Shown here piece after piece: positions 1-8,892 of a stretch of 50,802 nt of DNA (the first letter of the stretch is position 1; each line of letters opens with the position of its first letter). Location of the stretch: positions 1-50,802 of the forward strand of contig JBNJGP010000006.1 in the NCBI GenBank assembly GCA_051747805.1, read 5' to 3'. The notes beneath the pieces are model-generated. The model saw only the letters and a list, made by a program, of their open reading frames with translations. It was not told the DNA's origin and did no database searches. The position numbers were made by a program, and so were the translations under genes. The DNA comes from Candidatus Muiribacteriota bacterium (GTDB taxonomy: Bacteria > Muiribacteriota > Muiribacteriia > Muiribacteriales > Muiribacteriaceae).

Positions 1-87
1 AATAAACTTTTCAACCGGAAAAGTAATTTCTTCTGCCAGTTTTCTTGCCCTCTCTATTTTTGATTTTGAAAGCCCTAATTTATTCAT
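1..87 (-). CDS. kamD: 5' end (truncated by window) of probable D-lysine 5,6-aminomutase alpha subunit
   Basis: Not in ORF track. ATG at 87 overlaps the TGA stop of the upstream gene (ATGA). Translates MNKLGLSKSKIERARKLAEEITFPVEKFI, resembling the KamD N-terminus. kamC-kamD adjacency is the usual order. Confidence 0.6.
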   Translation of the reverse strand, partial: MNKLGLSKSKIERARKLAEEITFPVEKFI

Positions 88-1712
88 TCTTTCTCCTTAT
101 TCAAAAAAAATTTAGAAAATTCTGTAAGTTTCTTATCAGCCCCAAGCATTTCGGCAACAAGAAGAGCATCAAAGATATCAGTTTTGCCATCATCTTCTAA
201 AACCTTATATTGCATAAATTTATTAATTAAAATAATAGGATTTTCATCCTCAAATTTCAACTTATTATTTATAAATTTTTCATATTGTTTCACCTTCAGT
301 CCCTTCATAATAAAATAACCTATATTCTGCAACAGGGGGAGTTTCATAAAATGTGTTGATAGAAAACAGAAAGCTCCCTCAAACTGGGATATTCGTTTAA
401 GCAGACCAGAAGTTAAAGCAGAAGCCTCGATACTATTTGTTGTTCTTGCAAATTCATCTATAATATAAAAATTTTTCTTATCAGGATTTTTAAGCGCTTC
501 TGTAACAGAAACAACCTCAAAACCAAATGAACTTAATCCCCGGGAAGGGCTATCTTTTCGCGATTCCTTTGATATTTTCCAGGAGGAAAAGTCTCCAATA
601 AAGTGAAATTTGTCAAAAACATCAGTAACGAATTTTTCAGCCGGTACATAAAAACCTGATTGAGCAAGCAGCTGAAAAAAGGCAAGTGTTTTTAAAACAA
701 CTGTTTTACCTCCCATATTAGCTCCTCTGATTACATTAACTTTTTTATTCAGTTTTAAATAGAGAGGTTCATAGTCTGTTCCCATTTTTTCACATGCATT
801 TTTCAGCGGAAGTAAATTTCCTTTTCGAATAACAATTTCAGCTTCAGGTTTATTAATAAAATTAACTTTACACATATTATATTTCAGAGCAAGTCTTGCC
901 TTTTCAAGTATATGATCAAAATTACCTGCAGCCTTAATATATTTTTTAATCTCATTCTCATTTTTTTTTATTTTACGGGAAAGACTTTTTAAAATTTTAT
1001 TTTCAATTTCTGTTTCTTTTCTAATTAACTCTTCTTTTTTAGCATATAACTTTAAATAATCTGAATTATATCTCGGCCTTATAATAAAACTGAACCTGTC
1101 ATACGGCTCAATATATAAATAGGGCGTTTTTGAGAACTTTAAGGCATTTTCGTTTCTAATTACCAGAAAACTTTTATATTTAAAATCCAGTCCAAACTCG
1201 GAATTTAATTTTTTTAAAAGTAAATTTTTCTCATTAATTAAATGCTCATCTAATTTTTTTATTTTTTTCCGAACATTCTGCAATTCTTCATCATATTCTT
1301 CTGAAATTATAAAGCTTTCTCCCCTTCCGCCACCGTCAGTTAAAATATTTTTTAATTCAATTAGATTAAAACAAAGCTTAAAATGCTTTTGTATAATTAA
1401 TGGAACAAGTTTAATAATTTCTGTATAATTAAAAATAAATTTTTTTACCTGCAGAATATCTACAGCGTTAAGCCTGTCAAATTTTTGAATATCTGGAATT
1501 CTGCTTAAATGATAATAAATTTTTTCAATTCGGGAAGTTTCTGCCTCTTTAATAAAATTAATAAGAATTTCAATTAAATTATAAGTTTCAATTAGATGTT
1601 CTTTATTATTAATAATTTTCTTGGAATACTTATATTTTCGTCCTGTGGGAGTTCTTGGATGAAATTCCTCAAATATAAAATTAATTTCAGAAAAATCCCA
1701 TATTTTATCCAT
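84..1712 (-). CDS. kamC: MutS-domain-V ATPase, probable lysine 5,6-aminomutase reactivase KamC
   Basis: Walker A GANMGGKT, Walker B IIDEFARTT, STHF motif. 542 aa with no mismatch-binding domain. Coupled to a kamD-like ORF. Confidence 0.72.
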   Translation of the reverse strand: MDKIWDFSEINFIFEEFHPRTPTGRKYKYSKKIINNKEHLIETYNLIEILINFIKEAETSRIEKIYYHLSRIPDIQKFDRLNAVDILQVKKFIFNYTEIIKLVPLIIQKHFKLCFNLIELKNILTDGGGRGESFIISEEYDEELQNVRKKIKKLDEHLINEKNLLLKKLNSEFGLDFKYKSFLVIRNENALKFSKTPYLYIEPYDRFSFIIRPRYNSDYLKLYAKKEELIRKETEIENKILKSLSRKIKKNENEIKKYIKAAGNFDHILEKARLALKYNMCKVNFINKPEAEIVIRKGNLLPLKNACEKMGTDYEPLYLKLNKKVNVIRGANMGGKTVVLKTLAFFQLLAQSGFYVPAEKFVTDVFDKFHFIGDFSSWKISKESRKDSPSRGLSSFGFEVVSVTEALKNPDKKNFYIIDEFARTTNSIEASALTSGLLKRISQFEGAFCFLSTHFMKLPLLQNIGYFIMKGLKVKQYEKFINNKLKFEDENPIILINKFMQYKVLEDDGKTDIFDALLVAEMLGADKKLTEFSKFFLNKEKE

Positions 1713-1720
1713 AGTAATTA

Positions 1721-1748
1721 ATTATATATTACTAAAATTAAATTTCAA
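1721..1748 (-). promoter_or_regulatory. sigma70 promoter of kamC (near-leaderless)
   Basis: TTGAAA-N16-TATAAT, with 8 nt between the -10 box and the ATG at 1712. No SD. Confidence 0.55.
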
Positions 1749-1820
1749 GCGAAAACCAGTAATTTCAGCAATTCTCAGTCCAGATTTTTATTTTACTGAA
1801 AGTAAAACGAGTGGTCAGGT

Positions 1821-1908
1821 CGATAGGAGCCGTGAGAAGTAAGAAGTAAGAGGTGAGACGATAGTAGCCGTGAAAAGTGAGAAGTGAGAAGCCGATAGGA
1901 GCTGTGAG
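1821..1908 (+). repeat. Three imperfect direct repeats CGATAGGAGCCGTGAG interleaved with GTGAGAA-type heptamers
   Basis: Copies start at 1821, 1859 and 1893. Heptamers: gtgagaa/gtaagaa/gtaagag/gtgagac and gtgaaaa/gtgagaa/gtgagaa. Confidence 0.85.
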
Positions 1909-1930
1909 TGCAAACAGGTTACTGGTAAAT

Positions 1931-1959
1931 TTGACTTTTTTTAGTTTATAAACTATTAT
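1931..1959 (+). promoter_or_regulatory. sigma70 promoter of rpsF operon
   Basis: TTGACT-N17-TATTAT. Confidence 0.65.
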
Positions 1960-1973
1960 TTTCCTACTTTAAA

Positions 1974-2016
1974 GCCCTGGAAACCACTTTGTGTTTCCTT
2001 ATAATCCAAAGGGAGG
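1974..2016 (+). promoter_or_regulatory. Possible S6:S18 autoregulatory leader
   Basis: GCCC followed by hairpin GGAAACCAC-TTT-GTGTTTCC. CCCTGG can alternatively pair with CCAAAGGG overlapping the rpsF SD. Confidence 0.35.
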
Positions 2017-2021
2017 AAATA

Positions 2022-2333
2022 ATGAAATATTATGAATTAATGTTTATTTTGCGTTCAGAACTGGAAGAAGCCCAACAGGAAGATGTATTAAAAAAAATTA
2101 ACACTGTCCTGGAAAAAAATAATTTCAGTATTATCCGTCAGGAAAGCCGTGGAGTTCAAAAACTGGCGTATGAAATTCAAAAAGAAAAATCAGGTAACTA
2201 TTTTCTTTATTATGTTAAAACAGAAAACTCTCATGGGGTAAAAGATGCCTCTGAAAGTTTAAATATTATTCCCAAAATCTTAAGATACATTTTTATCAAA
2301 AAAGAAAAAATAGAAGAAGAAGCCGAAAAATAA
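2022..2333 (+). CDS. rpsF: 30S ribosomal protein S6
   Basis: MKYYELMFILR, LAYEIQK, ILRY motifs. Start moved to ATG 2022 after GGGAGG SD. Confidence 0.95.
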   Translation: MKYYELMFILRSELEEAQQEDVLKKINTVLEKNNFSIIRQESRGVQKLAYEIQKEKSGNYFLYYVKTENSHGVKDASESLNIIPKILRYIFIKKEKIEEEAEK

Positions 2334-2351
2334 TCCAGGAGGAACTTATCA

Positions 2352-2573
2352 ATGTTTAGAAGAAAAAAAAGAAGAAAAGTGTGCTTGTTTTGTAAAAATC
2401 CATCTATTGAAATAGAATATAAAAACATTAACATTTTAAAAAAATTTATATCTGACAGAGGAAAAATACTTCCAAGAAGAGTTACAGGGGCCTGTGCAAA
2501 ACATCAAAGAAAAATATGTTCTGCTGTAAAACAGGCTAGGAACATCGCTCTTTTACCATTTACACGTGAATAG
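2352..2573 (+). CDS. rpsR: 30S ribosomal protein S18 (Zn-binding C+ type)
   Basis: [35 protein letters not shown]. Confidence 0.98.
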   Translation: MFRRKKRRKVCLFCKNPSIEIEYKNINILKKFISDRGKILPRRVTGACAKHQRKICSAVKQARNIALLPFTRE

Positions 2574-2606
2574 CTGTTTCTCAATAATTATATAGCACAG
2601 TAACCC

Positions 2607-2633
2607 AGGAGGGTTTTTTTTAACCCTCCTTTT
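2607..2633 (+). terminator. Intrinsic terminator-like hairpin between rpsR and rplI
   Basis: AGGAGGGTT/AACCCTCCT 9-bp stem followed by T-rich tail. Confidence 0.6.
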
Positions 2634-2661
2634 AATTTCCTTATCAGGGAGGAATATTTAT

Positions 2662-3117
2662 ATGAAAATTATTCTTATCAAAGATCATTCGAAAATCGGG
2701 AAAACCGGAGACATAAAAAACGTAGCTTCTGGCTATGCCTCAAATTTTTTAATTCCTAATAAAATTGCAATTCCCGCAACAAAATCAAATCTTAAACAGC
2801 TGGATAATATAAAAAAAATTAATCAAAGCAAAGATGAAAAAGAAAAGCAGAAAGCTCTTAAAACCAAAGAAGAACTGGAAGAAACAACTCTTGAAATCAA
2901 AACCAAAACAGGCGAAAAAGGTAAATTATATGGAGCAATAACTAATAAAAATATCAGTGATGAATTAAAAAAACAAAAAAAAATAAAAATGGATAAGAAA
3001 AAAATAATTGTAAAAGAACCAATTAAAAAAGTTGGTAATTATACAGTAGAACTTAAACTTTATCCTAAAATAAATGCAAATCTTTCTGTTGAAATAGTCT
3101 CAGGAGAAAATCAATAA
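2662..3117 (+). CDS. rplI: 50S ribosomal protein L9
   Basis: MKIILIKD, GYASNFLIP, GKLYGAIT, PIKKVG. Confidence 0.96.
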   Translation: MKIILIKDHSKIGKTGDIKNVASGYASNFLIPNKIAIPATKSNLKQLDNIKKINQSKDEKEKQKALKTKEELEETTLEIKTKTGEKGKLYGAITNKNISDELKKQKKIKMDKKKIIVKEPIKKVGNYTVELKLYPKINANLSVEIVSGENQ

Positions 3118-4434
3118 ATGAAAGAGGTCCCCCAAAGTCTGGAATCCGAAAAAGCAATTTTAGGAAGCATACTTCTAAATAATAAAAATATCACAATGGT
3201 TTCAGACAAATTAACAAAAGAAGATTTTTATTCAAAATCAAATTCGGAAATATTTAATGCCATGTTCGAAATCGACAGACAGGGGAAAACCAACGAACCA
3301 TTGATTTTAAAAGAATACCTATCAAGCAGAAAACTTCTTGAAAAAATCGGTGGTTTTAATTATATTAACTCTTTGCTAAGTTTTTCAGTTTCTGCAAGAA
3401 ATATTGAAAACTATGTAAAAATTGTAAAAGAAAAATCAACCCTCAGAAAACTTATAAATATCTGTAGTGAACTTTCTGAAGACTGCTATAACACCATGAA
3501 TTCATCAGAAATTTTCGATAAGGCTGAGAAAAATATAATTGAAATTATAAGGGAATCATCTCAGCAGGATTTTCTTCCAATAGGTGCAGTTGTAAATGAA
3601 GTAGTAGAAAAAATAGAAACTGTGTATGAAAAAAAAGAAAATATTGTAGGTATTCCATCTGGATTTATTGATCTTGATAGAATTACCTCTGGTTTTCAGA
3701 ATTCAGATTTAATAATTGTTGCCGCAAGGCCAGCAATGGGAAAAACCTCCCTTTGTCTTAACATTGCTGCTCATATTTCTTTACGTGAAAGCATTCCTGT
3801 AGCCGTATTCAGCCTGGAAATGTCCGCAGCACAACTAGTTCAAAGAATTTTATCCTCTGAAGCCGAAGTTGATCAGGATAAAATTAAAAGAGGAAATTTA
3901 TCTGAAAGTGAATTTGGACGTTTAGTGCTTTCTGCTGGAAAAATTTTTGACTCTAAAATTTTTATTAATGATTCTGTATCCTCAATAAACGATGTTAAAG
4001 CAGCCACAAGGAAAGCATTTATCGAGAATAATATTCAACTTCTTATAATTGATTATCTTCAACTGCTTTCGGGAAACAACAAAGAAAGCAAAGTCCAGGA
4101 AATATCAGAAATTTCCAGAAATTTGAAAATGCTGGCAAAAGAATTAAATATACCAGTAATTGCTTTATCTCAACTTTCTAGAAGAGTGGAAGATCGAAAC
4201 GACAAAAGACCGATGCTCTCAGATTTAAGAGAATCGGGCGCTATTGAACAGGATGCAGATATTGTTATGTTTTTATACCGTGACTATTATTATAACAAAG
4301 AAAAAAGCAAAGAAGATCCTAATCATGCCGAACTAATAATTGGAAAACACAGAAATGGTTCTGTTGGAAATATCGACTTGTATTTTAAAAAAGAATGTAC
4401 AAAATTTAAAAACGCCGAGAAAAAAAGATACTAA
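3118..4434 (+). CDS. dnaB: Replicative DNA helicase
   Basis: ARPAMGKT, FSLEM, IDYLQL, LSQLSR, SDLRESGAIEQDAD, KHRNG. Follows rplI. Confidence 0.97.
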   Translation: MKEVPQSLESEKAILGSILLNNKNITMVSDKLTKEDFYSKSNSEIFNAMFEIDRQGKTNEPLILKEYLSSRKLLEKIGGFNYINSLLSFSVSARNIENYVKIVKEKSTLRKLINICSELSEDCYNTMNSSEIFDKAEKNIIEIIRESSQQDFLPIGAVVNEVVEKIETVYEKKENIVGIPSGFIDLDRITSGFQNSDLIIVAARPAMGKTSLCLNIAAHISLRESIPVAVFSLEMSAAQLVQRILSSEAEVDQDKIKRGNLSESEFGRLVLSAGKIFDSKIFINDSVSSINDVKAATRKAFIENNIQLLIIDYLQLLSGNNKESKVQEISEISRNLKMLAKELNIPVIALSQLSRRVEDRNDKRPMLSDLRESGAIEQDADIVMFLYRDYYYNKEKSKEDPNHAELIIGKHRNGSVGNIDLYFKKECTKFKNAEKKRY

Positions 4435-4441
4435 TAAATTA

Positions 4442-7400
4442 TTAATTTTCAATCTCCTGTATTTTCTGACGCGCTTTCGAAGCTGTATGCGAATACGGAG
4501 ATGCTGATACAGCCTGTCTATAATAAGAAAGTGCAAGATTTCGACTATTTTTTCTCATATACAAATCACCTATTTTTAAGAAAATATCTCCTTTTTGTAG
4601 ATTATATATATTAGTTTCAAAAATAGGGGACCTGTCCGCTTTATTAATATCTGAAATAACAGTTTTTAAAATCTGAAGAGCTCTATTATTATTATTAAGA
4701 GAATATAAAATATCTCCATATAAAGCTCTTACATAAACGTCATCCGGGTAAACCGAAAACATTATACGAGCCTCTTCTTCAGCCTCTACATAATCAGATA
4801 TTTTATACAAAGATAAAGTTTTTAAAAAATGAACAGAAAGTGTATAAACATATTCAAGGCTATGTGAAGTTCGGTCAATAACTTGTTCATATTTCTCATC
4901 ATTAAACAATTTTAATCCGCTCTTAAAAGCAGAATCTGCCTGAACACTTCTATAAATAGTTTTATCATCAACTTCAGCTATTTCATCATATATTCTTTGT
5001 GCCTCCCGGGAACGATCGAGTCTTTCTAATGTGGTTGCAAGATTGTACTTAATTGATAACCTGCCCGGATCAATATCTATAGCATCTTTTAAATCAGACA
5101 GGGCTTCAGATTGGTTATTATCCTGAAGATTAATATATGAGCGAAATATATAACTAAGAGAGCAGTTAGTAGAATTTTCAACAGCAAATGATAACTCAGT
5201 TAAAATTTTTCGATTATTATTTCGAATATTTCTACGCGAAATTAACTGTAATTCATCTATTTCTGTATTAGGATTAAAAAAGAATTCAATACCTCGATAA
5301 AGATGAACAATAGATGGAAAATCATTTGTATGCCCATTAATCGAGAAACGGTCAGAGTAAATTAATCCGTCGGATTTAAAAAAGCCTTTTATTTTTTCAA
5401 AAATTTCACTAAAAAAATCTTCAAAATCACGGGCACGATTATTCATGGAAAAATTAAGTTCTTCCGCCCCTTCTTGATTAAAAAGTTTTAGATTCATAGA
5501 AAAACGAATACTTCTTAATAAATTTTCTTTTTCGCGATTCATGGCAAGTAAAAATTCCTGACGTCCTCTATCAAAACTACTTTTAAAATCATATTTTTTG
5601 GAATCAGGAGAAATAACATATGCCATTTTTAAATTATAATATGCGTCTTCATATCTTTGGGCAGATAGATATTGTTTACCTCTCCTGTAATAAGGAAGTG
5701 CACTCTCTTCCCTTTCCTCAACAGTATTATCATCCAGATAAAAATTATTTTGCAAATCAATTTCTTCAGGATTAAGTCTGGCCATTAAAAACTGGTTATT
5801 CATAATATTATTTTCTTTCACAGATTCAAGAGTATTTCTGATAATATATTTATTCCAGAGTTCATCATAACTTGAGCTTATTTCACGAAGGTTAACAAAT
5901 AAAAGGTAATCTGAATTTAAATCGTCCAAAAGTCTGCTCCTGGCAAAAGTATTATCAATAAGTTCTTCTGACGAAATACCCATTTGCCCTAACCTGTTTA
6001 TAACATGACGGGGATTTACTATTTCAATTTGAGTGCCTACTGGTTCTAATATATGGGCAATCGAATATGCCAAACCATTGGAAAATATGCTTAAGTTATT
6101 AACATCTCGGAGAATGTGGGCAGGAAGAACAATAATACGGTTTCTTTGTTGTTTTTCAATCTGCTCAATTGGAAGGTTAACTTCATCTTCAAGATATTCC
6201 TCAACAGTTTCAGATGTTTGAACAAATTCTTCATGAGAATCCCCTTGTTGATTTCTTAAATTTTCAATTTCAGCCAGCATACTCTCTAAATTACTAGTTG
6301 AAGTTTCTTCTTCGCCGGAAACATCCTCCTCGTCATTATCTAACTTTGACTCTTCCTCAGAAACATTCCCATCATCATCTTCTTTATTATCATTATCTTC
6401 ATTATCATCATCATTACCAGCTGTAATTTTACCTTTTGAATGGTCAGATGAAGGCTCGGAGTTTTCTACTACTTGCTCAGAATTGTTTTCTATTAAAACA
6501 CCACTTAATAAGCTGTCATTGGAAAAACTAATTTCTTGTGTAAAATCCATTTCGATTTCAGGTTCAGGCAGCGTTTTTTCTTCCACTTGGCCTATGTCAA
6601 TCTCATCTGTTTGTTGAATATTCTCTTTTTCAACCTCAGCTATATTTTCATTATCATCTACTTTTTTTCCTTCAATATTTTCTGAAAAAGCTTGATTACT
6701 CTGAGAATCATCTAAATTATCATTTTGATTTTGATTTTCCTCTTCAATTACTTTCTGAGTAATATCCGGTTCTTCCATTTTATTATCATCTTTAGAAATA
6801 TAATTTATCGACAAATTTATTCCAAAGACAAATAAAGAAAGCATCAATAAAATAACTACGGCCCATTTAAACCCGGTGATTTTTTTGCCGTCTGGCATAT
6901 TATTTTGTTCGTCCCTGATTGGAAAGTTTTCTTCAATATTTTCTTTACCGATGTATTTATTAATAAAATTCATTAATTCAGATTTATTTGATATTTTAGG
7001 GTTATTAGAAAGTTGTATAAATTTCTCTTTAACAATTCCGGGTGAAAAATGGCTTAGAGCTTTTAGAGCACGCAGCTGTAATTCTTCTTCATTCTCGTTT
7101 TGTATAAACTCAACTAAAAATGGTATAGTTGCAGGATTATTAAGCTCTTTCAAGGCATAAAGCGCGCTTTCTCTCTGCCATATGGCATGGCTTCTGATCA
7201 TTTTTTCAAGGATATCCAGCACCTCGTTAATCTCAAACCTTGCAAGAGCCTTCACTGCATTAGCCTGAACCCGGTTATTACTATCTCTAAGCAAAGGTGT
7301 AAGGGGTTCAATTATCTCTTCTCCACCATTTAATTCAAGGCCTTCAATTGCATTAGCTCGAACTCGCGGATCAGGATCATTTAAAAATTTTGAAATGATT

Positions 7401-7858
7401 GGTATAACACTTTTATCTTTAAAAAAACCAAGATTTTTAGCTATTGTTGCTTTAACAAAATCATCCTGCTCTTTTTCTGCAAGGCTCAGCAAAAGTGGCA
7501 TAGCCCGAATATCTCCAATTTTAGAAACCACTTCTACAGCCCTGAGTCGTTTTCTGGGATCTTGATTTGAAAGATACTTCTGCAGGTTTTTTAGGTTTAT
7601 TTTTTTGTTTTTTTCCTTAAGCGTTTTTGATATTTTACTAGATAACTCTTCTTTATCTTTTTGAAGAATTTTTGAAAATTTCTTTTTAATAAAATATTTT
7701 AACTCTTCATCGCCCTCTCTTAATGCTTTTTTAATAATTTGATGACTTTCTATTGTGTTAATTTCAATCAGCTGATGAAGAGCTTTTTCTTTCTCCGAAA
7801 AACTACCGTCATAAAGGAGGATTTGGAGTTTTTTTAAATTTTTACCTTGGGAGGACAT
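4442..7858 (-). CDS. HEAT-repeat / single-TM / acidic linker / TPR protein
   Basis: N-terminal HEAT repeats (DPDPRVRANAIEGL, NNRVQANAVKAL). TM WAVVILLMLSLFVFGINL. D/E/N-rich linker. C-terminal TPRs. Confidence 0.8.
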   Translation of the reverse strand: MSSQGKNLKKLQILLYDGSFSEKEKALHQLIEINTIESHQIIKKALREGDEELKYFIKKKFSKILQKDKEELSSKISKTLKEKNKKINLKNLQKYLSNQDPRKRLRAVEVVSKIGDIRAMPLLLSLAEKEQDDFVKATIAKNLGFFKDKSVIPIISKFLNDPDPRVRANAIEGLELNGGEEIIEPLTPLLRDSNNRVQANAVKALARFEINEVLDILEKMIRSHAIWQRESALYALKELNNPATIPFLVEFIQNENEEELQLRALKALSHFSPGIVKEKFIQLSNNPKISNKSELMNFINKYIGKENIEENFPIRDEQNNMPDGKKITGFKWAVVILLMLSLFVFGINLSINYISKDDNKMEEPDITQKVIEEENQNQNDNLDDSQSNQAFSENIEGKKVDDNENIAEVEKENIQQTDEIDIGQVEEKTLPEPEIEMDFTQEISFSNDSLLSGVLIENNSEQVVENSEPSSDHSKGKITAGNDDDNEDNDNKEDDDGNVSEEESKLDNDEEDVSGEEETSTSNLESMLAEIENLRNQQGDSHEEFVQTSETVEEYLEDEVNLPIEQIEKQQRNRIIVLPAHILRDVNNLSIFSNGLAYSIAHILEPVGTQIEIVNPRHVINRLGQMGISSEELIDNTFARSRLLDDLNSDYLLFVNLREISSSYDELWNKYIIRNTLESVKENNIMNNQFLMARLNPEEIDLQNNFYLDDNTVEEREESALPYYRRGKQYLSAQRYEDAYYNLKMAYVISPDSKKYDFKSSFDRGRQEFLLAMNREKENLLRSIRFSMNLKLFNQEGAEELNFSMNNRARDFEDFFSEIFEKIKGFFKSDGLIYSDRFSINGHTNDFPSIVHLYRGIEFFFNPNTEIDELQLISRRNIRNNNRKILTELSFAVENSTNCSLSYIFRSYINLQDNNQSEALSDLKDAIDIDPGRLSIKYNLATTLERLDRSREAQRIYDEIAEVDDKTIYRSVQADSAFKSGLKLFNDEKYEQVIDRTSHSLEYVYTLSVHFLKTLSLYKISDYVEAEEEARIMFSVYPDDVYVRALYGDILYSLNNNNRALQILKTVISDINKADRSPIFETNIYNLQKGDIFLKIGDLYMRKNSRNLALSYYRQAVSASPYSHTASKARQKIQEIEN

Positions 7859-7873
7859 AATTTCTCCTTTAGT

Positions 7874-8860
7874 CTATTCAGTTGACAAATATTGAATTTG
7901 ATTCTCGGCTAAACCATAATACTCGGAATCTTCAGGAAGAATATTTTGAATTTGATGGAATATTTTAAGCGCTTGATTGTACTGACCCATTCTTTTATGA
8001 ATATCACCTTTTTTATAAAGAGCATTTGCATGCCTCGGATTTAACAAAAGAGTCAAATCCAGATATGTCATTGCCTCTGAAATTTTATTCTGCGAAATAT
8101 ATATTTCTGCCATACGGAATGTGTGATTGAAGTTTGCGGGGTCCTCATTAATTTTCGTCTTAAGAAGATTAATTGCACTTTCGAATTCTTTATTTTGAAT
8201 AAATTTATTAATTTTATTATCTAATGTTTTATTATCGACACTTTTTTTCTCTACTGATTTTTTGAGATCAACTTTCATTAAATGAACTCTGGAATTCTTA
8301 ATATAATCAATTCTTTGTAAAAACTCCTCGTTGCCCGCATCAACAAACCATTTCCGAGCCTCAAAAAACTTGTTTATTTCAATATATGATTTTCCAATCC
8401 CTATTTGACACTCTTTATTCTCCGGCTCGTGCACAAGAACCGACTTATACAATTCAATTCTTTTTACAGGATCCTTTTCTATGTTTGCCATTTCAATTAG
8501 CTTTCTCATTCTTTCTTTTGAGTAAATAACAATATTATTATTTTTTGTGTGGTTATTCTGAATTACTTCAGAACCGTTCTCTTCTTTTGAAAACAAGTTT
8601 TGCATCTTAATTTCTTTTTCTAAATATTTGTAATGGTTAATATTTTCCTCGTCTATTTCTTTTAAAATATTAAGTTGCTCGAGGGCTTTTGAATAATTTG
8701 AAAAAGCTCTATAAACTTCAACTCTGCGACTTTTCTGTTTTATAAGAGCTTCACGGTAAAGTTCAGGTTTAATATCAAGTTCAGGAAGCTGATATGTAAA
8801 AGCACTAATTCCAGCCGAAATTAGCACAATAAAGTAAATATAAAGTTTTGTTTTTTTCAT
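7874..8860 (-). CDS. Exported TPR protein
   Basis: Signal-peptide-like MKKTKLYIYFIVLISAGISA (ATG 8860 preferred over TTG 8872). TPRs such as LNPRHANALYKKGDIHKRMGQYNQAL. Confidence 0.75.
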   Translation of the reverse strand: MKKTKLYIYFIVLISAGISAFTYQLPELDIKPELYREALIKQKSRRVEVYRAFSNYSKALEQLNILKEIDEENINHYKYLEKEIKMQNLFSKEENGSEVIQNNHTKNNNIVIYSKERMRKLIEMANIEKDPVKRIELYKSVLVHEPENKECQIGIGKSYIEINKFFEARKWFVDAGNEEFLQRIDYIKNSRVHLMKVDLKKSVEKKSVDNKTLDNKINKFIQNKEFESAINLLKTKINEDPANFNHTFRMAEIYISQNKISEAMTYLDLTLLLNPRHANALYKKGDIHKRMGQYNQALKIFHQIQNILPEDSEYYGLAENQIQYLSTE

Positions 8861-8892
8861 AATTAATTCCAAATTTATATTATTTTTTTTAC

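Noticed and set aside
84..1712. Mismatch-repair MutS or MutS2
   Set aside because: Too short, with no mismatch-binding or Smr domain. Context fits KamC.
1821..1908. CRISPR array
   Set aside because: Repeats are only about 16 nt and non-palindromic, the intervening sequences are themselves heptamer repeats, and no cas genes are present.
1917..1929. 13-mer GGTTACTGGTAAA also present inverted at 50625-50637
   Set aside because: One 13-mer match in 50 kb is expected by chance, and it does not extend further.
1989..2021. ORF-track N-terminal extension of S6
   Set aside because: A strong SD and S6 homology begin at ATG 2022.
6240..6790. Tandem DNA repeat in the acidic linker
   Set aside because: Low-complexity D/E/N coding bias without a true repeat unit.
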